Notes under the pieces: generated by a model
The model's input: the letters and a program-made list of their open reading frames with translations, nothing else
Database searches by the model: none
What the model was told of the DNA's origin: nothing
NCBI GenBank assembly: GCA_049625185.1
Contig: JBMZUZ010000007.1
Span: forward strand, 32,704 to 96,703
Origin: Pseudomonadales bacterium
GTDB lineage: Bacteria; Pseudomonadota; Gammaproteobacteria; Pseudomonadales; Balneatricaceae
Length of the DNA: 64,000 nt
Direction of reading: 5' to 3'
In this document: positions 47,466-54,457 of the stretch, piece after piece
How the letters are laid out: the number at the start of each line of letters is the position of its first letter
How positions within the stretch are numbered: the stretch's first letter is position 1
Made by a program: the position numbers and the translations under genes

Positions 47466-48029
47466 ATGACATTAATGATTACTGGAATCCTACTTTGGGC
47501 ACTAGCCCACATGATGCCTTCATTGAGCCCAGCCCTAAAACAGAAAGCCATTACTTCCATGGGGGCCAATGCTTATAAGATCACTTTTGCTCTAACAGTT
47601 GTTGGTGCCCTAGTGTTGATTGTTTTGGGCTGGCGCAGTGCGGTGCCTATGCCCGTTTATGTTGCTCCGGAAAGCCTTAAATTGCTCGCTATTGCCCTAA
47701 TGGTATTAGCCTTTTTGCTGTTTGGTGCATCAATGTACCCAACCCGTATTAAGCGAGTGGTACGTCACCCCCAACTAACAGGCTTGATTGTTTGGGCTCT
47801 AGCCCATCTGCTATTAAACGGTGATAGTCGTTCTGTTTTGCTGTTTGGTGGTCTAGGCGTTTGGGCTGTGTTGGAGATTATGCTACTAAATCGTAGAGAT
47901 GGTGATTGGATTAAGATTGACCCTCCTGCTTGGTCTAGAGAAATCAGGGGCGCTATTATTAGTTTAGTTATTCTTACTGTTGTAATTTATGCTCACCCCT
48001 ATATCGCTGGTGTGCCAGTTAGTTACTAA
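47466..48029 (+). CDS. NnrU-family membrane protein
   Basis: 187 aa, 5-6 TM segments. The N-terminal pattern LLWALAHMMPSLSPALKQKAITSMGANAYKITFAL is like NnrU-family proteins. Confidence 0.6.
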   Translation: MTLMITGILLWALAHMMPSLSPALKQKAITSMGANAYKITFALTVVGALVLIVLGWRSAVPMPVYVAPESLKLLAIALMVLAFLLFGASMYPTRIKRVVRHPQLTGLIVWALAHLLLNGDSRSVLLFGGLGVWAVLEIMLLNRRDGDWIKIDPPAWSREIRGAIISLVILTVVIYAHPYIAGVPVSY

Positions 48030-48226
48030 ATGCCTAAAAAGTGTTATTGGGTATTAATGACCGCTATGCAACATTAAAAATCGATACTCGGTTATTTAAT
48101 TTAATATGCTTACTTGTTGATTTTAATATAAATAATATTTTTACATATTAATATTAGTATTATTTTTTATAAATAAATTGGTAAATAGTAAAATTGTCTA
48201 CTAAGCTTTCTCCTAAAGGTAGCGAA

Positions 48227-48278
48227 TAGCTGTTTTTGCCTTATGGTAACCCCATATACCAACGGCTTAAACAGCTAT
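48227..48278 (+). repeat. Extended hairpin built on a perfect 10-bp inverted repeat (ATAGCTGTTT … AAACAGCTAT)
   Basis: Arms at 48227-48236 and 48269-48278. Inner pairs GCC/GGC and TATGG/CCATA give about 18 bp in total. It sits 62 nt upstream of the 48340 ORF. Confidence 0.6.
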
Positions 48279-48339
48279 AAGCACCAAAAAAGATAATCGC
48301 CCAAAGTGTTAAAGGGCGGAAAAGTAATGGAGAAACTAT

Positions 48340-48723
48340 ATGTATTCAAATAAAGATCTTGAGTGGGCTGTGTCAGAAGGTATTTTTTCACCTGCAGCTA
48401 TAAGTGAATTCCGTCAGGCAAAGTTGGCTGCTAATTCGCCAGCACAAGATAAAGTAAAATCTCAGCCAGTCACTAAGCCCCATGCTAATGATATATTTGT
48501 TGTAATGGGCTGCTGGGTATTATTATTTGGTGCCTTGTGGACCCTTAAAACTATTATTGCTACTGAGGGTTTAGGTGCACTTATCCTGTTTTTTAGTGGC
48601 GTGGCTACCTGGTGTTTGGCAAAGGTATTTGAGCGCAAAAGACAATGGGCAATTCTTGCCATTGCCCTATGGTTTAGTCTTGTTAGTAGCATCCTTGGCT
48701 TTTGTATAATGGGTTTGCTTTAA
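48340..48723 (+). CDS. Hypothetical membrane protein (soluble N-terminus plus about 3 TM segments)
   Basis: 127 aa with GGAGAA 7 nt upstream of the ATG. No family recognised. Confidence 0.6.
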   Translation: MYSNKDLEWAVSEGIFSPAAISEFRQAKLAANSPAQDKVKSQPVTKPHANDIFVVMGCWVLLFGALWTLKTIIATEGLGALILFFSGVATWCLAKVFERKRQWAILAIALWFSLVSSILGFCIMGLL

Positions 48724-49655
48724 GTAGGTCTTAATCTACCGCGTATGGCAATCCGAATAAGGGCTTGTGTAAAGCCAATTAGTAAGCCCATTAAGATACC
48801 CACCGAAGTAATGGGGGCACTGCGAGGGCCCACAGCGCTTTCAGGGACAAAGGCAGGATCAATCACTTTAAAGGCATATTCTTTTTGTACTTTGGCCAGC
48901 ATAATATTGCTGGCCTCTGATTCAATCATTTTGTAGAGAATTGATTGAAATTCAACCAAGGAAGTCTGGCTAATCTCTTGTTCCAAATAGTGCATATTGG
49001 CCTTTGATTCAGCTATGGCCTCATCGCGCAAGTATTCATTTAAACCACTGACTAATCGGTTGGCCATATTGGCGGCTAAATAGGGGTCTTTTGATTTAAC
49101 AGATACTCTGATTAAGCCAGATTTTTGCAAGGTGGCTACGGTGAGCATGCCTTTTAATCTTAGATAAGCGGCGGTATCACTTGGGGTATTAACGGCTGGC
49201 TTTTCCTCTTCTTCGGCGAACAGATCTTGCAAACAGCAGGATAATTCTTCTTCTGTTTGGAGCCACATATCATTATCACTATCCCAACGTTCAGGAAATA
49301 AAACCGGTTTTAAATTTTCTTGATTGACTAAGGATAAGAGAAATTTACGTGATTCCAGCAGAGCCAGTGATGATTCAATATTAGTATCATGGGAAACAAG
49401 GTTAATGCCAGCAATAGCTGCTAGCCCTGCATAGCGGCTGGCTAAAGAGGACAGTTTGTCACTATCATTATTGCCTTGGCTGCTGGTAATTAATACCTCG
49501 GCCTGAAATGTTTTGGGTGTGGTTAACGCTGTGATACAGGCCGTACAACCAAATATAAAGGTACATAAGATAATGCTTACCTTATATTTATAAAGGGAGC
49601 GAAAGATCTCAATCAGATCGATTTCGTCATTTATTACTGCTTGATTTTGAGCCAC
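48720..49655 (-). CDS. Polysaccharide co-polymerase, Wzz-like chain-length determinant (no kinase domain)
   Basis: 311 aa. N-terminal Wzz signature DEIDLIEIFRSLYKYKVSII plus TM1, a coiled periplasmic region, and a C-terminal TM with a Pro-containing segment (GPRSAPITSVGILMGLLIGF). No Walker motifs. Confidence 0.8.
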   Translation of the reverse strand: MAQNQAVINDEIDLIEIFRSLYKYKVSIILCTFIFGCTACITALTTPKTFQAEVLITSSQGNNDSDKLSSLASRYAGLAAIAGINLVSHDTNIESSLALLESRKFLLSLVNQENLKPVLFPERWDSDNDMWLQTEEELSCCLQDLFAEEEEKPAVNTPSDTAAYLRLKGMLTVATLQKSGLIRVSVKSKDPYLAANMANRLVSGLNEYLRDEAIAESKANMHYLEQEISQTSLVEFQSILYKMIESEASNIMLAKVQKEYAFKVIDPAFVPESAVGPRSAPITSVGILMGLLIGFTQALIRIAIRGRLRPT

Positions 49656-49694
49656 AATTTAAATCCTTTTATAGTTTATAGATAAGCCAATTAG

Positions 49695-52600
49695 TTAAAA
49701 AATACCTAACGAGTTAAGCGATTCAGCTGCCAAAGCAAAGCGATAAGTTATTTGGCTTATATCGGTCCACCAAGCCAAATCTGACACATGTTCTAGATCC
49801 ATAGGCACCATAATAATGTCGCCTGCCTCAATAACGAGCTGACCACTGGGTTTAGTTTGGCCGAAGAGCTGTTTAGTGGGTGTTTTGGCAGTCACCACAG
49901 AACCATTGGCCTTGACTACATAGATACGACTTTGATCCGCTTTACTGGTTAATCCACCGCTGGCCTGAATATAATCATCAAATGTTGTATTAGTCGCATA
50001 AAGCACTGAGGATGGATTCATTACTTCACCCATCACGGCTATCTCTTGCATATGTTGCGGTATATGCAACATATCGCCATGTTTTAGAATAATATCGGCT
50101 TCTGACTTAGCAAGAATACCCGGTAAATCAATGACTAAACGACCGATTGAACTGGTCTTTTTAACCTGACTAAGGACCCATTTCATGGATAATAGTTCTT
50201 GCGAGTCCTTGCTGTCATAGGGCTCCTCAGCGTCTACAGGATAATTAAAAGTAGCCTCTAAATTGACAATATCCTCTTCCATTTCTTTAATAAGCTGTAG
50301 CTTTTGCGCTTCTTCATTTTCTCTAAGTGATTGCCGAGAGAAAATAGCCCCATTTATATCACCTAATTTGGATTGACCACCTGCTCTTGCTAATACTTGG
50401 GATAGGGTTTCGCCTTTGGTGATTGGATAAGTACCAGGAAATTTCACTTCCCCAGAAATAGTGATATAGCGATCATTGTGCCAATCTGGGGTCTGCTTTA
50501 TGGTAATTGTGTCATGGGGTTCTAGTAATAAATTCTCGCTAACATCTCCTGCCATGGCTAAGCCGAGATTGATCGTTTGGTGTGAAGCTTCTAGCTCACT
50601 ATTTTGCCCAATAACATAGCGGGTTATTTCGGCGGTCATGGTATAGGCTGCCTCTGCTAGGCCACCAGCTGCCAGAATTAGATCGGAAACCCGCATACCT
50701 TGTGTAAGTGGATAGGCACCTTGTTCCTCTACCTTGCCATTAACTTTAACTATCAAGGCGGGTTGGCCAAGTCTGGCCTGACGATTAAGATTATCGACCA
50801 GTTCATTAATGGCGATACGGCGATCGCTATGTTTGGTAAATACAAATAACTTATCCCTTGGCTGCAGTTTAATATTGGAGGCATGGTTTTCGTCCAACAA
50901 GATATCGTCCAAGGCGACTGGGAAAACATTGGTCATATCATTTGTTGAAAAGCGTTGCAGTAAGGCATATTGTCGGTCTGTCTCTGGCAGGACATCCAAC
51001 GCTGCCCGCACCAAATCACTAACCCGCATATTAATAGCCAGAGGATAGTTTCCAGGGTACTTGACATTACCTTCAATAACGACAACAGGCTCAGGTTGGT
51101 CAAAATTGGCTTGCTCTTTAAGGCTCGCTACTATACTGGTAATCAATGACTGACGTTCTTCGGTGATAGCAAAGATAGCCACTTCGTCACCTGGTTTTAG
51201 CTTCAGGTCAGCAGTGTTATGTTTTTCGTAAAGTAGATCTTTGAGGGCAAAAGATAGCACTTCAAAAGTGTTTTGTGCCTGATTTAAGCGTTTAATTAAC
51301 CCATATTGCATATCCGTTGCTGGCTGCAAGTTAAGTGCTGCACTGACTAGGTCACTAATCCTCATATCTGGTTGGTAAGGATACTCTCCAGGCAAGCGCA
51401 CATTGCCTGCAATGGTTACTAATTGTGCTGGTTGGCCAAACTCTGCTTGCAGCTTTAGTTCATTAATTAAGTTGCCAATGATTGTGCTTCTGCCTTCATC
51501 TTTAGCAAATACCATTAAGTGATCACGAGCTGCAAGTTGTATATTGGCTGGCCCAAAGGGGTTATTAAGGGCCTCTTCCAGGTCCACTTGCAGTACAGAT
51601 ATATCACCACCGGGTGCTTTCTCCCTGCGGATCAAGACATAATTTGCGTCTGCACCTGGCTTTAGTGCCTGCATGGATTTGAGTACATCTTGAACTCGGA
51701 GACCCGGTTGCCAGCGTGTGTTAATAGGCCTATAAATATGACCAGTTATTTTAATAAGGTCAGGCATACTCTCCAGCACAGAGAATACACGGACAATATC
51801 GCCGTCATTAACAGATTTTAATAGTGAGGATTTGGTTGATAGATCTACCCCAATAAGCGTGCGTAGACCATTGTCACCAATTCGCTCTATCTGAGAAATT
51901 TTGGGGTAAGCCGTTGGCAACATCCCACCAGCGTAGTTCAGGAGTGTACTTAGGTCATTCTCTTGCGGGCCAAGCTCATAGATAGCTGGACGACGTACTT
52001 CCCCATCAATACCTACGGTTTTACCAACTGGTTTTACAAAAATAACATCACCAGGCAACAATCGAATATCTTTGCTAGTGTCGCCACGTAACAATAGGTC
52101 ATATAAATCGAAGCGCACGGCGACTTGTCGATTACGCTTGAGTTCGATATCGCGCAGGGTGCCAATGGGCTTAATGCCGCCACAGGCAAATAGGGCATTG
52201 GTTAGGGTAGATAGGGAGCTAACCGTATAAGTGCCTGGTTGATTAACATCACCCAATACAAAAACCCGAATAGAGCGCAGAGCACCTAGGGTAATATTGG
52301 CTTTAACCCCAATTATCTGTTCTGATATTCTGGAATTAAGTAATTCCTTTAACTCCTTAAAGGTTAAGCCCGAGACAGCAATAGGGCCAATACGTGGGAA
52401 ATTAACCACTCCTTCACGACTTACTGTTAAGGTAAGCTCAAAGTTTTCTGTACCAAATAGCAATATATTAATTTCATCACCGGGCCCAACAATATACTCA
52501 TTTGGTATGGGGATATTATTTATTGGTGCGAAAGTGTTGGGTGCTTGCTCAAATAGGGAATAGCCAAATGGCTCTAGTGGAGTGGGGGCAACATTTTGGC

Positions 52601-52778
52601 TAGGCTCCATTGCTACTTCATTGCTGGTAAAACTGTCTTCAGCTGTGCTATCAACATCTGTTTTAAAATCTATATCCGTTAGATCTTCAGCTTGCACATA
52701 AGTTGTCTGCAACAAAAAACAACATATAAGACTAAGGGTGATAAACCAGCGGTTTTTATTAACATTAAAAGTAAACAT
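49695..52778 (-). CDS. Giant outer-membrane polysaccharide-export (OPX) family protein: Poly_export domain plus 8 SLBB repeats
   Basis: 1027 aa. Signal peptide (…TTYVQA-ED), a Poly_export-like region YIVGPGDEINILLFG…GPIAVSGLTFKEL, then 8 G-x-V-x-x-P-G-x-Y type soluble-ligand-binding beta-grasp units (for example GDVNQPGTYTV, GNVRLPGEYPY, GNVKYPGNYPL, GEVKFPGTYPI). Confidence 0.8.
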   Translation of the reverse strand: MFTFNVNKNRWFITLSLICCFLLQTTYVQAEDLTDIDFKTDVDSTAEDSFTSNEVAMEPSQNVAPTPLEPFGYSLFEQAPNTFAPINNIPIPNEYIVGPGDEINILLFGTENFELTLTVSREGVVNFPRIGPIAVSGLTFKELKELLNSRISEQIIGVKANITLGALRSIRVFVLGDVNQPGTYTVSSLSTLTNALFACGGIKPIGTLRDIELKRNRQVAVRFDLYDLLLRGDTSKDIRLLPGDVIFVKPVGKTVGIDGEVRRPAIYELGPQENDLSTLLNYAGGMLPTAYPKISQIERIGDNGLRTLIGVDLSTKSSLLKSVNDGDIVRVFSVLESMPDLIKITGHIYRPINTRWQPGLRVQDVLKSMQALKPGADANYVLIRREKAPGGDISVLQVDLEEALNNPFGPANIQLAARDHLMVFAKDEGRSTIIGNLINELKLQAEFGQPAQLVTIAGNVRLPGEYPYQPDMRISDLVSAALNLQPATDMQYGLIKRLNQAQNTFEVLSFALKDLLYEKHNTADLKLKPGDEVAIFAITEERQSLITSIVASLKEQANFDQPEPVVVIEGNVKYPGNYPLAINMRVSDLVRAALDVLPETDRQYALLQRFSTNDMTNVFPVALDDILLDENHASNIKLQPRDKLFVFTKHSDRRIAINELVDNLNRQARLGQPALIVKVNGKVEEQGAYPLTQGMRVSDLILAAGGLAEAAYTMTAEITRYVIGQNSELEASHQTINLGLAMAGDVSENLLLEPHDTITIKQTPDWHNDRYITISGEVKFPGTYPITKGETLSQVLARAGGQSKLGDINGAIFSRQSLRENEEAQKLQLIKEMEEDIVNLEATFNYPVDAEEPYDSKDSQELLSMKWVLSQVKKTSSIGRLVIDLPGILAKSEADIILKHGDMLHIPQHMQEIAVMGEVMNPSSVLYATNTTFDDYIQASGGLTSKADQSRIYVVKANGSVVTAKTPTKQLFGQTKPSGQLVIEAGDIIMVPMDLEHVSDLAWWTDISQITYRFALAAESLNSLGIF

Positions 52779-52808
52779 CTATTCGCCTAGGTGTCTTCAA
52801 TTTAGGAC

Positions 52809-53093
52809 TTATTCCATATTATTTACGGCTTTATGGTTTTGCTGATAAATAATGTTAGTCATATGTACACCTAGCACATAGAGGCCGTATATAGATAACA
52901 AGATAAATAAGCCGTAATAGTTCATTAGCAAATAGATACCCAAAATAATTACTATTTGTGCAAGATGCAGAGAAAGGAAAAAGACCGGCTGTTTGATAAA
53001 TAATAGGCTCGGACTAAGAACGACTAATAGCGCTAATATAGCCACACTCCATTTTGGAATCTTACGATACTGTCTGATATTAAATGTTTTCAT
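52809..53093 (-). CDS. Small hypothetical membrane protein (3 TM segments), first gene of the export operon
   Basis: 94 aa with AGGAG 7 nt upstream of the ATG. It lies 30 nt upstream of the OPX gene on the same strand. Confidence 0.6.
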   Translation of the reverse strand: MKTFNIRQYRKIPKWSVAILALLVVLSPSLLFIKQPVFFLSLHLAQIVIILGIYLLMNYYGLFILLSIYGLYVLGVHMTNIIYQQNHKAVNNME

Positions 53094-53134
53094 AGAACAG
53101 CTCCTGTTAAATTATTTAACTATAATTAAATGTT

Positions 53135-53222
53135 AAAAAAGGGCCCCAGAGTAAGCAAAGTTATCTTTACTTATGCTGAACAAAAACAGGGCTCGCTACT
53201 GCTGTTCGGCTCACTGGGGCCC
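53135..53222 (-). promoter_or_regulatory. GC-rich long hairpin plus U6 (terminator/attenuator-like) in the leader of the export operon
   Basis: The minus strand reads GGGCCCCAG-(64 nt with internal short stems)-CTGGGGCCC-TTTTTT, ending 42 nt upstream of the ATG at 53093. It is a GC island in otherwise AT-rich DNA. Confidence 0.5.
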
Positions 53223-53419
53223 AAAAGATCAACCAGATTTAGGTGGGTTGTCGATACCTAAATTGATTGATACACCACGCTGGACTGTCTTTCTTCTTTG
53301 TTTTTTGCAAAGAATCTTTTCACCTATAATTTGTTTAAAACTCAATATATTGTTGCTTCAATTATTATCTTAAAAATATATAACTAATTAATCTTATTGA
53401 TAAAATAATTTAAAAACGA

Positions 53420-53626
53420 TTATTTAAAAATATTTACCACTTCCATATTTAGTGCATTTGATATTTGTTCCACCTTATCCAAAGTGGGACTTTTTGTTCC
53501 ACGTTCTATATGCCCCATATAACCACGATCAATATTAGCCATAGTGGCTAGTTGCTCTTGAGTAATATTGGCAGAAGTGCGAATTTCTCTAACACGGCTA
53601 CCAAAGCTTTGGGTAAGATTTTTCAT
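53420..53626 (-). CDS. XRE-family (Cro/CI-type) HTH transcriptional regulator
   Basis: 68 aa. FGSRVREIRTSANITQEQLATMANIDRGYMGHIERGTKSPTLDKV is a canonical HTH_3 domain. Confidence 0.85.
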   Translation of the reverse strand: MKNLTQSFGSRVREIRTSANITQEQLATMANIDRGYMGHIERGTKSPTLDKVEQISNALNMEVVNIFK

Positions 53627-53966
53627 TTAATTCTCTTTCATTTCTCACTATACTATATAAAGTTATAGTTAAAAGATACTCGTTTTAGAAAAATAATTCC
53701 ACTTACTATAGTCATCATGAGATTAATTTAGCTATAAGGACTTGTCTTTGAGGATTGAAATCGCAGCTTTAAAAGCCAGCAAAATGACAAAAAAATACTA
53801 AGATTTAAGGGTAAAAACGCAAATTTTTGTTTCGCCTTATGACCTGCCCATTAAATATAAAAAATAGGTTTTTTAACGAACTTGCTAACAGTAATAATGA
53901 TGTAACTGCTTTGATGGGGCAGATTACTTTTATGGTTTGTTAACTTTATTATTATCAAGGAAAGAT

Positions 53967-54434
53967 ATGAAACTAAGAAAGTTCAGGTTTCAAGATGCAG
54001 AAAGAGTCACGGCTTTACTACAAGATAAAGAGATATCAAAGTGGACAGCAAATATTCCTTTTCCATATGTAAAGCAAGATGCGATTAAGTGGATACAAGC
54101 AACATCTGAAGATATAGATCAAAATCCTTATGCCATAGAGGTTGAGGATCAAATTGTTGGTTGTGTATCCCATTGGGTTAATTCCAAATCCGAGATTGAA
54201 GTCGGTTATTGGCTTGGTAAAGACTACTGGGGCAAAGGTTATGGCACTAAAGCGCTGGCTCAGATGTTATCGCAACCTGATTTTTCTGCAACAGCAAGTG
54301 TTGTAGCTCAGGTGATGACTGAAAATATAGGTTCTCAGCGGGTGTTGTTAAATAATGGCTTTAGTTGCATAGGCAAATACGATGTTCAAGGGCGTAGCCT
54401 TCATCTTTATAAAAAGGATAACAGCATAATATAG
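53967..54434 (+). CDS. GNAT-family N-acetyltransferase (RimJ/RimL-like)
   Basis: 155 aa from ATG 53967 (AGGAAA upstream). It has the MKLRKFRFQDAE N-terminus and acetyl-CoA motif GKDYWGKGYGTKAL. Confidence 0.8.
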   Translation: MKLRKFRFQDAERVTALLQDKEISKWTANIPFPYVKQDAIKWIQATSEDIDQNPYAIEVEDQIVGCVSHWVNSKSEIEVGYWLGKDYWGKGYGTKALAQMLSQPDFSATASVVAQVMTENIGSQRVLLNNGFSCIGKYDVQGRSLHLYKKDNSII

Positions 54435-54457
54435 TGATCGCTGCTTGATAGTATTAC

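Noticed and set aside
53141-53222. tRNA-like element: a 7-9 bp GGGCCCC/GGGGCCC clamp resembling an acceptor stem, about 82 nt long
   Set aside because: The 17 nt preceding the 3' arm (ctgct-gttcggc-tcact) cannot form a T-arm. No D-arm pairing or GG in a D-loop is present, and no CCA or discriminator context fits. It is not a tRNA.
53173-53373. 66-aa plus-strand ORF in the export-operon leader
   Set aside because: It overlaps the GC-clamp hairpin and the 8-bp hairpin. It has no Shine-Dalgarno sequence, and its Leu/Cys-rich translation comes from AT-rich DNA. The region is better explained as a structured non-coding leader on the minus strand.
53420-54434. XRE plus GNAT as a GNAT-toxin / antitoxin pair (TacT/AtaT-like)
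   Set aside because: The genes are divergent and separated by about 340 nt rather than forming an antitoxin-toxin operon. The GNAT has a RimJ/RimL-like N-terminus and motif rather than the compact tRNA-acetylating toxin type.
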